A stretch of DNA of 64,000 nt from Candidatus Omnitrophota bacterium (GCA_026387335.1 JAPLLX010000001.1:106620-170619); one strand, 5' to 3'; numbered from the stretch's first letter, positions 9,825 through 20,067 are shown. Notes: generated by a model from the sequence alone, not told the origin. A program made the numbers and translations.

Positions 9825-11000
9825 ATGACTAAATCAATGAAAAATAAGGTTATTGCCATAATTCCTGCCCGTGGAGGGTCAAAAGGCATACCTAGAAAGA
9901 ATATTGTTAATTTCGCAGGAAAACCTCTATTAGCTTGGTCTATTTTGCAGGCAAAATTATCAAAAATGATATCTGCGGTATACGTTACTTCTGATAGCCT
10001 GCAGATTTTAGAAATTGCAACAAAATACGGAGCCCTGCCAATTCTCAGGCCAAAAAAAATTTCTGGTGATTCAGACTCATCAGAATCCGCTTTGTTACAC
10101 GCTTTGAGTCATATTAAAGAGAAGCCCGATTATATTGTTTTTTTACAGGCAACCTCCCCGCTTAGGAAGCCCGGTGATATTGATAATGCGATAAAGAAGA
10201 TTATTAAACAGAAAGCGGATTCTTTAGTATCATTTATCGAATTACGGGAATTTATATGGAGTAAATCAAAAGATAAATTTTTTTCCTTAACTTTTGACTG
10301 TAAAAATAGAAAGCGAAGGCAGGAGCTAGAGCCGTTATTTCGTGAAAATGGATCCATATTTATATTTAAGCCAGAAATATTAAAACGATTAAAAAATCGT
10401 ATTGGCGCTAAGATGTCTGCCTATATTATGGAGCCATGGCAAAAAGCCGATATTGACGATAAAGTGGATTTGCAATATTGTGAGTGGCTCTTCTGGAAAT
10501 ACCTGGCAAAGGTCTATGGAAAATATATTTTTGAAAATATTCAGTTGATTGTTTATGATTTTGATGGAGTGATGACAGATAACAGAGTTTTTATTGATAA
10601 ACGGGGTAGTGAATGGGTTAAGGTTAACCGGGCTGACGGATTAGCTGTTTCGAGAATAAAAGAAGCGGGAATTAAGCAAGTAATACTTTCTTCAGAGGAA
10701 AATCAGGTTATTAAGAAACGAGCAGATAAATTAGGCTTGCCTTGTCTATATGGAATAGCCAACAAAAAAAAGGCGCTGGAAAGATATTTAGAAGCTAATC
10801 GCATCAGTAAAGATAAAGTAATTTTTGTAGGAAATGATATTAATGATATGGAAGCCATGCGATATGTTGGTTATCCTGTAGCTACTAATGATGCAAATGC
10901 AGAAGTAAAAAGAATTGCTAAAATTGTTACCGAGGCAAAAGGCGGGGATGGCGTTATAAGGGAACTGTTGGATATGTTTAAGGCAGTAAGTAGACAGTAA
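9825..11000 (+). CDS. Bifunctional acylneuraminate (nonulosonate) cytidylyltransferase / HAD-family sugar-phosphate phosphatase (NeuA-like N-terminus + KdsC-like C-terminus)
   Basis: N-terminus 'VIAIIPARGGSKGIPRKN' (CMP-NeuAc synthetase family). C-terminus HAD motifs 'VYDFDGVMTDNRV' (DxD) and 'GNDINDME' (KdsC/Kdn-9-P phosphatase-like). Confidence 0.8.
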   Translation: MTKSMKNKVIAIIPARGGSKGIPRKNIVNFAGKPLLAWSILQAKLSKMISAVYVTSDSLQILEIATKYGALPILRPKKISGDSDSSESALLHALSHIKEKPDYIVFLQATSPLRKPGDIDNAIKKIIKQKADSLVSFIELREFIWSKSKDKFFSLTFDCKNRKRRQELEPLFRENGSIFIFKPEILKRLKNRIGAKMSAYIMEPWQKADIDDKVDLQYCEWLFWKYLAKVYGKYIFENIQLIVYDFDGVMTDNRVFIDKRGSEWVKVNRADGLAVSRIKEAGIKQVILSSEENQVIKKRADKLGLPCLYGIANKKKALERYLEANRISKDKVIFVGNDINDMEAMRYVGYPVATNDANAEVKRIAKIVTEAKGGDGVIRELLDMFKAVSRQ

Positions 11001-11074
11001 TGGTGGTTAAAAAGATAGAAGGATAGCTCGCTAGGTATATTATCTCTTGAAGAAATAGGAAGGGAGTGAAAAAT

Positions 11075-11923
11075 ATGATTAGTTTTGAAGATCTTAAGAG
11101 TCCTTATCTAATAGCCGAGATAGGCATTAATCATAACGGCGATTTACAGCTCACCAAGAAGCTTATTGACGCGGCGCATGCATGTAACTGGAATTGCGTA
11201 AAATTCCAAAAAAAGAACCCTGATTTATGCGTTCCCGAGAGCCAAAAAAGTGTTATTAAAGATACCCCTTGGGGTAAGATGAGTTATTTAGAGTACAAGC
11301 ATAAGCTGGAATTTGGCAAAAAAGAATACGACTTCATAGATAGATATTGCAAAGAAAAGCCGATTAGTTGGGCCGCATCCGTTTGGGATATCGATAGTCT
11401 TAATTTTATCAAAGAATATAATGTCGCTTTCATTAAAATACCTTCAGCTAAAGTTGCGGATTTAAAACTTATCAAAGAAACGGCATCTTCTAAATGTACA
11501 GTCATTCTTTCTACGGGTATGTCTACTATAGAAGAGATTGATAGCGCCGTAGAAGTACTCCGTAAATATAGTAAAAATTTCCTCCTTATGCATACTAACG
11601 CTAGCTACCCTGCTGATACAAAAGAATTAAATCTTAATTGTATTAAGACATTGAGAGATAGGTACAACTGTTCCGTAGGATATAGCGGCCATGAATATAG
11701 TATCGAACCGACGGTTTACGCGACGGTTTTAGGGGCTAAAGTTGTAGAACGCCATATTACTTTGGATCACGAAATGTGGGGGACAGATCAATCATCAAGC
11801 ATTGAGCCTATGGGTATGGATATGCTTTATAAAAGAGTCAGGTACATCAATGAAATTTTAGGCGATGGTATAAAAAGAATAACCAAGGGCGAACTTAGCG
11901 TCAAGAAGAAGCTTAGAGGGTAA
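11075..11923 (+). CDS. NeuB-family nonulosonic acid synthase, short form (TIM barrel, SAF/antifreeze-like domain mostly missing)
   Basis: 'YLIAEIGINHNGDL...CVKFQKK' is the NeuB/PseI/LegI signature. The protein ends about 20 aa into the expected SAF domain. SD 'GGAGTG' lies 7 nt before ATG 11075. Confidence 0.75.
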   Translation: MISFEDLKSPYLIAEIGINHNGDLQLTKKLIDAAHACNWNCVKFQKKNPDLCVPESQKSVIKDTPWGKMSYLEYKHKLEFGKKEYDFIDRYCKEKPISWAASVWDIDSLNFIKEYNVAFIKIPSAKVADLKLIKETASSKCTVILSTGMSTIEEIDSAVEVLRKYSKNFLLMHTNASYPADTKELNLNCIKTLRDRYNCSVGYSGHEYSIEPTVYATVLGAKVVERHITLDHEMWGTDQSSSIEPMGMDMLYKRVRYINEILGDGIKRITKGELSVKKKLRG

Positions 11924-11948
11924 GAATTATCCAATTAAGGAGAGTGCT

Positions 11949-13817
11949 ATGTATTTAAAATTTTATAGAAAAGGCCGTAACTTCAATGAGAGGATAGAAT
12001 TAAGGCGTAGTGGGGAGGCTTGCTTCATTCAAGAGCAGGGCGTAGAAACAATCTTGGAAGGGAAATTCTACTATTATAATGATAGTCACGAAAAAATCGT
12101 GCTAATAAATAGGCCGGAAGTTCAGCTGGAAGCATTTATAAAAAAATACGGAATTAGCGATTTCATTGAAAGAGTTGAAGGTGAATATTGCGGTATACGG
12201 ATAGATAGAGGTAAGAGGCGCCTAAAAATATTCAGCGATAAATTAAAGCAGAAGGAACTCTATTTCTTTTATAATGAGGATGTTTTTATTGCTTCAGATG
12301 ATTGTAATAAAATTATTACGGAAATAGGGAGTTTAGAGATAGAGGAAAATAGTCTATTAAGCGCAGTTTTACTCCATATTTCCAAAGGCCATACGCTCTT
12401 CAAGAATATCTATCGTTTGAAATACAATGAGATCATTGAACTCAGCGAAGATAAGGTTATAATCGGTTATCATGATGACCGTGATATAAATATCCTTGAA
12501 AGTTCCGAGCTGGACTCTTCCCGCTATGAAAAAATCTTTAAGAATGCGATTTTATCAAGGGCATCAAATAAGTTTAATTTGGTTTATAGCTCCGGGGGTT
12601 GGGATTCAACGATGATCCTGGCCATCTTAAGGCAGAATTTCGAAAAGAGTAAGATAAGAGGGATCGCGGTTAAATTTATCCTTCAAGACGGAAGCTGCTT
12701 TAATGAATTTGAAATGAATAAGCTTAAAAAACTAAGTAAAACTCTCGACGTAGGAATAGACGAATTGACTATCGATTTCCGAAAAAAAGAACTTTACTAC
12801 CAATTTGAAAGAGTAAGCAGGGATTTATTTATAAATAACCTTTTCTATTTTTGCCCTACAAGATGGGCTAAGACGGTTGATTATATCAGCGGTAAATATG
12901 GAAAAGATGTGGTTATTTTTAATGGAGAAGGTTCTGATTCTTTGCATAACTACGGTTTTTCTCAACATATTTCTCTTCCTCACGATAATTATGATTTCAA
13001 AGAATATGCTGATAAAATGAAAAATTATCTATTCGGTCCAGAATTCTTTAAAAGAATTGAAAATAAAACTTTTCAAGAAGATTCAATCTATAAGATTTTC
13101 TTGCAATTTCACCCGGATTTAGAATTTGTGAAAGCAGGCAATTTAGAGAAAAAAAATAGATTTTTTTATTATCTACTCTCGTTTATATACTCAGATATAA
13201 GAGTTCCATTCCGCAAGGTTGGGGACGGAAAGTATTTTCAAAAAAAAGCAATTCGAAAATTTGAAAGATGGCTAGAGAAATACTACTTTGGCAAAGCTGC
13301 TGTTAACATAAGCGAAAGTAACTTGTACTACTATTTTTCTTACCTTTATACTCTTTTTCATTTGCAAAGTCCGCAGATTCGTATCTATAGAGAAGGATTA
13401 GTTAATACCCGGTTTCCTTTTATTGATATGAACCTATTCAGATTTCTATATAAGATGCCGCAACATTTTGGCAGGGGACTGAATTTTAATCATATAAAAT
13501 ATCCACTCAGAATATTGGCGGAGAAAGTCCTGTCAGAATCGCAACGCGCTATCCTAGAGAATGGACCCCATTCATATTTAAGCGAGGTTAGAAAGATGAA
13601 TATTAATGACGAATGGTGCTTAAGAGGTCCGGAGTATGAATATATGAAAGATAACATAGACATGAGGAAAGTGTTAAAAGTTTTCAAAGCCGATACATAC
13701 TCTACGCATGAAATACAGAATTTAATAAGAAGGTTCCAGCAGGGCAGGTTAAGAAATATAACTAAGCTTGAAGCAAGGCTCCTGCAGCTTTTTGCACTGT
13801 TGAGCGCTAATTATTAA
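11949..13817 (+). CDS. Asparagine synthetase-like PP-loop amidotransferase without the N-terminal Cys (PseA/WbuX-like sugar amidotransferase)
   Basis: PP-loop 'LVYSSGGWDSTMI' (SGGxDS). The N-terminus lacks the Cys2 glutaminase nucleophile. It lies between nonulosonate genes and a methyltransferase, like acetamidino-forming PseA in Campylobacter. Confidence 0.6.
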   Translation: MYLKFYRKGRNFNERIELRRSGEACFIQEQGVETILEGKFYYYNDSHEKIVLINRPEVQLEAFIKKYGISDFIERVEGEYCGIRIDRGKRRLKIFSDKLKQKELYFFYNEDVFIASDDCNKIITEIGSLEIEENSLLSAVLLHISKGHTLFKNIYRLKYNEIIELSEDKVIIGYHDDRDINILESSELDSSRYEKIFKNAILSRASNKFNLVYSSGGWDSTMILAILRQNFEKSKIRGIAVKFILQDGSCFNEFEMNKLKKLSKTLDVGIDELTIDFRKKELYYQFERVSRDLFINNLFYFCPTRWAKTVDYISGKYGKDVVIFNGEGSDSLHNYGFSQHISLPHDNYDFKEYADKMKNYLFGPEFFKRIENKTFQEDSIYKIFLQFHPDLEFVKAGNLEKKNRFFYYLLSFIYSDIRVPFRKVGDGKYFQKKAIRKFERWLEKYYFGKAAVNISESNLYYYFSYLYTLFHLQSPQIRIYREGLVNTRFPFIDMNLFRFLYKMPQHFGRGLNFNHIKYPLRILAEKVLSESQRAILENGPHSYLSEVRKMNINDEWCLRGPEYEYMKDNIDMRKVLKVFKADTYSTHEIQNLIRRFQQGRLRNITKLEARLLQLFALLSANY

Positions 13818-13821
13818 CAAA

Positions 13822-14895
13822 ATGGTAAAGAATTGCCTGATTTCTGAAAGATATCTAGACGATGGGAATAGTATTATTTCTTTGACTGATTTTCAAAATG
13901 AATGTATTAAGAAATTTAACAATGACGCAAGGATAAAATACAAAGAGTTAAGAAAATGTCCTTTATGCGAGTACTTAAATTTTACTTTAATTGCCAAAAA
14001 AGACCACTACGGATTTTCAGTAGATACTGTAGTTTGCGACAGATGCGGATTAATTTTTAGCCTTAAACAAATGACGGATGAAAGCATAGCGATATTTTAT
14101 TCAGAATATTATAGGGGGATTTACGAAGGGACAGTTAAGCCCCAGAGGCAACATTATAGTGAGTACCTCAGGCATAAAAAGATACCTAAGTTTTTAGGAA
14201 AGGATAGCGTTATTGTGGAGATTGGCACTGGCGCAGGAAGAAATTTATTGAAATATAAGAAGAATAATTTAAAACATTATGGTTTTGATTTTGACGAAGA
14301 GTATATAGATTTTGGAAAGAAAACATTTGGGCTAAATTTATATGTCGGCGGAATAGATAGAGCGCAATCTTTAGGCATCAAGGCCGATTATATAATTCTG
14401 ACACATGTATTAGAGCATACGAACGATCCGATTAAGTTCCTTACGGATATTAAGAGGATTATGAATGATAAGGCTATTTTAAATATCTACGTTCCCTGTA
14501 GGAGCCTACTACTTACCGGAGGAGGCGGGACCGGGTTTGATTTATTAGGCACATTGCAAAATGCGCACAATTTTTTATTTGATGAATTTACGTTAAAGTA
14601 CATGGCTCTAGCCGCGGGCTATAGGTATAGTTGTGTTTTAGGCGGGCATATAGTAATGAGTAAGAACAGGTTTGGTATAGGCAATGCGGGAGAAATTGAA
14701 AATATGCTAAAAGATAGAAAGAGAGGTAATAAGGTAATCAATTTCTTAATTTTTTGCGAGAAAATGGTTCCACTTAAAAATAAAATTATACCGTTAAGAT
14801 TACGCTCGCACTTACACTCTCTTTATTATTTATTCAAACCGTTTGAAATGCTCAAAATGTATTTAGTGTTTAGGAGAGGAATGTTTCTCTATTAA
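13822..14895 (+). CDS. Zinc-ribbon + class I SAM-dependent methyltransferase
   Basis: N-terminal 'CPLCEY...CDRCGL' C4 ribbon, then motif I 'VEIGTGAGRNLL'. Confidence 0.55.
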   Translation: MVKNCLISERYLDDGNSIISLTDFQNECIKKFNNDARIKYKELRKCPLCEYLNFTLIAKKDHYGFSVDTVVCDRCGLIFSLKQMTDESIAIFYSEYYRGIYEGTVKPQRQHYSEYLRHKKIPKFLGKDSVIVEIGTGAGRNLLKYKKNNLKHYGFDFDEEYIDFGKKTFGLNLYVGGIDRAQSLGIKADYIILTHVLEHTNDPIKFLTDIKRIMNDKAILNIYVPCRSLLLTGGGGTGFDLLGTLQNAHNFLFDEFTLKYMALAAGYRYSCVLGGHIVMSKNRFGIGNAGEIENMLKDRKRGNKVINFLIFCEKMVPLKNKIIPLRLRSHLHSLYYLFKPFEMLKMYLVFRRGMFLY

Positions 14896-14906
14896 AAATT
14901 ACATAA

Positions 14907-15950
14907 ATGATGAAAAACAAGTTTGAAGCTATTAAATATTTAATGAAGCCATTTTTTTTCTGGGTTCCCTCATATTTAAGAGAGAAAGTTATGTATCCGT
15001 ATGCTACATATTTTACATTGCCCCTGATAATAGATAAACCGAAAAACCTCATTTTGGAACTAACTAATATCTGTAATCTTAAATGCAAGATTTGCAATCG
15101 GCCCTCTCAAGAATCTCCGGTAGGCAGCATGCAGCTCTCTTTGGCTACGGAACTTATAAAGAGAGCCTATGATTGCGGTATAGATCAGGTTGCCTTCCAT
15201 ACCGTGGGGGAGCCGTTGGTATACCCTTATTTAAAAGAGGTGCTTACTTTCGCAAAAAAACTTGGTTATCCGATAATGATAAGCACCAACGCGAATTTAT
15301 TGACCAAAGAAAATTCAGATATGCTTTTAGACGTTGGTATCGATAGATTGCGTATTTCATTAGAAGGCACTGATGAAAAATATAATGAGGTAAGGGAGGG
15401 AGGAGATTTCAATAAGGTAATTAAAAACCTGGAATACTTTCATAAAAAGAGGCATGGGCATCCTAACATACGATTAGATCTGACTTATGTTATTACAAGA
15501 GATACTGTTGAATGCATTAAAAGTTTCCTGGAAAAATACAGTTATCTCTTTGACGAAATTATCTTTACGCCTCTTATTAACCAGGGGAATATGCAAAATG
15601 ATTATGTCAAAAACAGATCAATTATTTTGTTTAAAAATAACAGATACCCGTGCTTTAATTTATGGACAACCATGTATGTCACTTTTAATGGCGATGTCAG
15701 CGTGTGTTGTGTTGACTATAATCATAAATTGATTATTGGCAATGTGCATGACAGCTCGTTGCTGGATTTATGGAATTCAGATGCTTATAAACAGTATCGC
15801 AGGTTAAACAGGGAAGGAAAGGTTAATAAAATAAAGTACTGCAGCAATTGCACTGTGCCTGTTCTTGGAAGCAATTTTTATATGACTAAAATAGCGGATA
15901 AAGTAAGAAAAGACTATGGGTTAAGCATCAATATACTTGGTAGATACTAA
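14907..15950 (+). CDS. Radical SAM enzyme with C-terminal SPASM-type Cys-rich domain
   Basis: CX3CX2C 'CNLKCKIC', 'GEPLVYP', and C-terminal 'CFNLW...VSVCCVDYN...CSNCTV'. Confidence 0.75.
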   Translation: MMKNKFEAIKYLMKPFFFWVPSYLREKVMYPYATYFTLPLIIDKPKNLILELTNICNLKCKICNRPSQESPVGSMQLSLATELIKRAYDCGIDQVAFHTVGEPLVYPYLKEVLTFAKKLGYPIMISTNANLLTKENSDMLLDVGIDRLRISLEGTDEKYNEVREGGDFNKVIKNLEYFHKKRHGHPNIRLDLTYVITRDTVECIKSFLEKYSYLFDEIIFTPLINQGNMQNDYVKNRSIILFKNNRYPCFNLWTTMYVTFNGDVSVCCVDYNHKLIIGNVHDSSLLDLWNSDAYKQYRRLNREGKVNKIKYCSNCTVPVLGSNFYMTKIADKVRKDYGLSINILGRY

Positions 15951-15996
15951 ATGGATGTTAGATGGTAGAAAGAAGGTTAAAAAAGGAGTGAAGAAC

Positions 15997-17514
15997 ATGT
16001 CGGTAGCTAGTACCTCGTCAAGCGCTACCTTCAACCATTATAAGCGCTTTATATCCGATAGTATCTCGGTATTCTTGGGGTATATATTTATTTATGGTCG
16101 AGGTTTTATACTGATGCCCCTCTTGATTAAGAATGTTGGTATTAGCTTATATGGAGGTTATGTGGTGTTATTCACAGGCCTAGGTTTTATATCCGGGGTG
16201 TCAACGCTTGGGGTTGGTTTTAGTTTTAGACGATTTCTGCCGTCAAGCGTTTCTGTTTTAGAAAAAAGAAAACTGCTTTATCCGCAGTTTATTTTTCAAC
16301 TCGTAAGTATTCTTGCTATCTGCTTGATATTGATTATCCTATCCGATTCAATCGAGGGAGCATTCTTTAAGAATCAGATCAATTTCTCCATGTGGTTGGC
16401 TGTTCCGATATTGGTTGTTACCGTGGTGTATAGCGCATCTAATGATTATTTTAGATATACGCAAAGAATAAAACGTCATACGTTAGCCGTAACAAGCGAG
16501 TCATATTTAATGGTTTTGTTTGTAGTCATCGCTATAGTTGTTTTTCACAAGAAAAATATTAATATGCTATTATTGGCAGAACTTTGCGCGTTGATTGTCG
16601 TTTCAATACCACTTGCCTTAAAAATTTACAAAGAAATAGGATGTCAATTTTTAATTCCCAGCAGGGATTTTATCGTTAAAGAGATTAATTTGGGTTTTCC
16701 CTTAACATTGGCATATATTGTAGATTTTATCCTAAGCGGTAGCGACAAATTCATAATTGCCTTTTTATTATCGGTAAAAGAAGTCGGTTATTATAGCCCG
16801 GCATACGCGCTTGCTTCGTATATAATATTATTCCCGAAAGTCTTTGGAGTTGTCCTGCCGCCGCTTCTTTCCAAAGCTACAGACAGCGGAGAACATGATC
16901 TGAGTAATAAATTAATAAGCTATACCCTTAAATCTTTTATTTTGGTTTCTGTTCCTTTTATAATTGGCAGTATTATCTTAGGCTATCCATTATTGCTTCT
17001 ACTCACGAATAAAGAAGTAGCGGATGCCGCTTACATAACCGTACCAATAATCGCTTCCGGGATATTCTTTTACGGACTCAACCTTATCTTATGCAATATA
17101 CTTTTTGTGAGAATGGAAACTAAGGGCATATTTAGCATAACCGCAGTTTCTGCTTTATTGAATTTAATACTTAATATTGTATTTATTTATATTTTTAGAA
17201 GCATACTGGTAGCAGCAGTCACAACGTTTATAGGCTACTTTGTAGGTTTTACTATCCTTTGTTTTAAACTTAAGGATACTTTTGAAATAAAATATTATAT
17301 CCCAATTTTCCTGAAATCTTTTTTTGCGTCTATATTTATGGCTGCCATATTATATTATGGAAAACTTACTTTAGGTAGTAGTCTTTGGGCAGTTTTAACT
17401 TTAATTTTTTCCGGGATTTTACTATATATATTATTTATATCTATTTTAAAGGTGTTTAAAAAGAGTGAAATAAATTTTGTGCGCAATTATTTAATGGGCC
17501 TCAATAAGTCTTGA
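15997..17514 (+). CDS. wzx: Polysaccharide/O-unit flippase (Wzx, MOP superfamily)
   Basis: About 505 aa, very hydrophobic, roughly 12-14 predicted TM segments. Strong SD 'AAGGAGTG' before ATG 15997. Confidence 0.65.
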   Translation: MSVASTSSSATFNHYKRFISDSISVFLGYIFIYGRGFILMPLLIKNVGISLYGGYVVLFTGLGFISGVSTLGVGFSFRRFLPSSVSVLEKRKLLYPQFIFQLVSILAICLILIILSDSIEGAFFKNQINFSMWLAVPILVVTVVYSASNDYFRYTQRIKRHTLAVTSESYLMVLFVVIAIVVFHKKNINMLLLAELCALIVVSIPLALKIYKEIGCQFLIPSRDFIVKEINLGFPLTLAYIVDFILSGSDKFIIAFLLSVKEVGYYSPAYALASYIILFPKVFGVVLPPLLSKATDSGEHDLSNKLISYTLKSFILVSVPFIIGSIILGYPLLLLLTNKEVADAAYITVPIIASGIFFYGLNLILCNILFVRMETKGIFSITAVSALLNLILNIVFIYIFRSILVAAVTTFIGYFVGFTILCFKLKDTFEIKYYIPIFLKSFFASIFMAAILYYGKLTLGSSLWAVLTLIFSGILLYILFISILKVFKKSEINFVRNYLMGLNKS

Positions 17515-17594
17515 TTTAACTGTTCATATTAACCTGAAAGATATGAATTAGCAAAAAAAGTATTGGGCGCGTAAATTGTATTTCTTAATTACCT

Positions 17595-18704
17595 ATGAGT
17601 AAATTAAAATTATCTTTAGTAACAACTAACCGCAATGATAGCTATATGGGTAATTCTAATTATAGATTAGAGGTATCCATTAATTATCTTGCCGAGCAAT
17701 TGGCTTACTTGGATAAATTGGATGATGTTGAATATATTATCGTTGATTGGGGAAGTAAGCAACCTTTGCATTCCGTATTGAATTTAAGCGATAATGCAAA
17801 GAAAATAACAAGGTTTATATTAGTTCCCGTTTCCCTGGCTGAAAAAATAAAAGCTAAGAGCGATTTTCCGGCAGCTATGGCTTTTAATATAGGCATAAGG
17901 CGCTCAAGAGGAGATTTAGTTACCATATCTCCGGCAGACACCATTTTTCCTGCCAAGCTGTTAGATAAAGTTTTAAGCCCTGGGCATAACTCAAAAAACA
18001 AGATCAATAGCGATGAGTCTTTATTTGTATTTGCCAGAAAGAATATTCCGATGGAAATAGTAAATAGAAAGTTCAATGTTAATGAACTAACCGAATTTAT
18101 CGATAAAAATAATGAATTATTAGTTATAAAAAATGTTAACCCTTATCTTTTTTCTGGTACGGGAGTGCTGATAATGAGACGAAGTTTGTGGTTTGAATGC
18201 CATGCTTTTGATGAGAAAATTCTTCATTGGGGCTGGAATGACATTGATTTATGCTTGAGAGTTCGCTTAAGGTATCCCGTAAAAAATATGAGTAAAGAGT
18301 GGGATTCTTATGTTTATCATCTCGATCATTATCCGGTTGGTTTTAACCATGAAAAAATAGCGCAACCCGTACTGAATCAATTTGCCGTTAATACAGAGAG
18401 GTGGGGATTTTTAGACCATGGATTTGAAGAGTTTCCGAGCAAGCCGTCATCTGATTTATTTAGTGATATTTCTAAGCCTCAAACGGCGGATCTGCATTTC
18501 AGAAGAAAACACTGGTTAAATCTATTCAAATTCCTACTTTTTAGCCCGGTACACTTAACAGCTGCTTTATATGCTTTAAAAATGATTTTTATTGCGGATT
18601 CCGGTAATAGTTGGATCTTAAGCAAGTCTTATCATGGCTTTAAAATGTTTAAAAATAAAATAAATACTATCTTAAGAAGGCCGCTTGAGAATGAAACCAA
18701 TTAG
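17595..18704 (+). CDS. Putative GT-A-like glycosyltransferase
   Basis: 'VTTNRND' and 'EYIIVDWGSKQP' resemble GT2-type N-terminal domains. Weak. Confidence 0.35.
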   Translation: MSKLKLSLVTTNRNDSYMGNSNYRLEVSINYLAEQLAYLDKLDDVEYIIVDWGSKQPLHSVLNLSDNAKKITRFILVPVSLAEKIKAKSDFPAAMAFNIGIRRSRGDLVTISPADTIFPAKLLDKVLSPGHNSKNKINSDESLFVFARKNIPMEIVNRKFNVNELTEFIDKNNELLVIKNVNPYLFSGTGVLIMRRSLWFECHAFDEKILHWGWNDIDLCLRVRLRYPVKNMSKEWDSYVYHLDHYPVGFNHEKIAQPVLNQFAVNTERWGFLDHGFEEFPSKPSSDLFSDISKPQTADLHFRRKHWLNLFKFLLFSPVHLTAALYALKMIFIADSGNSWILSKSYHGFKMFKNKINTILRRPLENETN

Positions 18705-18750
18705 GATCATTCTAATAAATAATTTAACAATGGCATTGTTTATTGCCGTA

Positions 18751-18851
18751 AAGCCGATACATACTCTACGGATGAAATACAGAATTTAATAAGAAGATTC
18801 CAGCGGGGTAGGTTAGGTAATATAGCCAAACTCGGAGCAAGGTTCCTGTAA
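18751..18851 (+). pseudogene. Decayed remnant of the 3' end of an AsnB-like amidotransferase gene (paralog of 11949..13817)
   Basis: About 100 nt with roughly 85% identity to 13687..13787. It translates in frame as 'KADTYSTDEIQNLIRRFQRGRLGNIAKLGARFL*', against 'KADTYSTHEIQNLIRRFQQGRLRNITKLEARLL' in the intact gene. Confidence 0.6.
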
Positions 18852-18855
18852 AAAA

Positions 18856-20067
18856 ATGAACGATTCCTTAGTTATAAAACCGGTAAGGATTTTTATTATC
18901 CAGACTTTAACTTCGGCTTTATTTATGGCCGCCTATTATAAGCAAGAAAAAATGCGCGACGAAAAGTATCGTGATATCTGTGTTATTCCTTATTCAAAAA
19001 TATGTAATACTGATAATCAAGAATTTATTGTGGCTTGCAAAAATATTACCAGATTTATTTCTGAAGAAATAATTACCTTCGCGGAACAGGATATTTATTA
19101 TGTTCCAATGAGCTTTAAGAATCTAGGTCAGTATAGGCAAAAAAAGAAAAAATATTTAACTGTCATAAAAGAAATGTGTGAAAAGAACAATATAAGAATA
19201 GGTTTGATAAAGGAAATATATCACAGTAATCGAGCTTTCCATCAATATTTTAAATACTTAAATCCTAAAAGTAAATTAATCGGTTTTGAGCACGGGCTTA
19301 GCGATACCAGATGCTTCTTATTGCAAGATAACGCTATCAATATAATAAAGAATATCGTTAAATGCGTAATGGGGGGGATTTTTTTCATTTTTTATTCCTA
19401 TTTAGAAAATGATGATTTAAATGTTTCGTTATTGGCCCCCGAAATTAGAAAAATTAATAAAAAGATAAATATAAAGTATTTATACCCCAAACAAATTATT
19501 GAGATAGCAAACAAAATTGTCTATGATGATCTTAATGATACAGGTTTTTTTAACGAACATAAATCGATAGGAATAATAATAAACAGCGATGGTTTTAGCT
19601 TAGCTCAAAAAAGAGAGGATCGTTTAAAATTTCATAGGGATTTCGCTGTGTATATTTTAGAAAAAATAAAAGGATTATACCCTGAAGTTAAAACCATTAT
19701 TTTTAAAACCAGGTCTTTCGATCATATATTAGACAAGGATTTCTCTGATGTTAAAGAAGATTTGGTTAAGCTTTTCAATGGCTATAAAGTGTTCTTTTTT
19801 GACGAGATAACCAAAACAAATTATCCCCCTGAGTTTTATATAAATATTATACGTCCTAAATTTATTTTTGGTGATGTTTCTAGCGGACTTTTTTATTCTA
19901 AGGCCCTAATGCCAGAAATTGCAACTTATGATTATAATGAATACGTATCTAATTATGAATTTAAGCATTTTGGAGCTACTCTGCCAGATTATAAGTGGTT
20001 AAATGATATTTTCTTTAAGAGGTTCCGGGTTATCTTTAAAGATATTTTGCCAAAAAGGACCTTTTAG
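18856..20067 (+). CDS. Hypothetical protein (403 aa, N-terminal hydrophobic segment); candidate glycosyl/nonulosonate transferase
   Basis: Long ORF with coherent codon usage and no motif I recognise. Contains a G7+T7 homopolymer pair at 19371-19385. Confidence 0.3.
   Translation: MNDSLVIKPVRIFIIQTLTSALFMAAYYKQEKMRDEKYRDICVIPYSKICNTDNQEFIVACKNITRFISEEIITFAEQDIYYVPMSFKNLGQYRQKKKKYLTVIKEMCEKNNIRIGLIKEIYHSNRAFHQYFKYLNPKSKLIGFEHGLSDTRCFLLQDNAINIIKNIVKCVMGGIFFIFYSYLENDDLNVSLLAPEIRKINKKINIKYLYPKQIIEIANKIVYDDLNDTGFFNEHKSIGIIINSDGFSLAQKREDRLKFHRDFAVYILEKIKGLYPEVKTIIFKTRSFDHILDKDFSDVKEDLVKLFNGYKVFFFDEITKTNYPPEFYINIIRPKFIFGDVSSGLFYSKALMPEIATYDYNEYVSNYEFKHFGATLPDYKWLNDIFFKRFRVIFKDILPKRTF
19371..19385 (+). 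repeat. Homopolymeric G7-A-T7 tract inside the CDS 18856..20067
   Basis: 'gggggggatttttttc' read directly. A G7 run is unusual in this AT-rich sequence. Confidence 0.8.
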
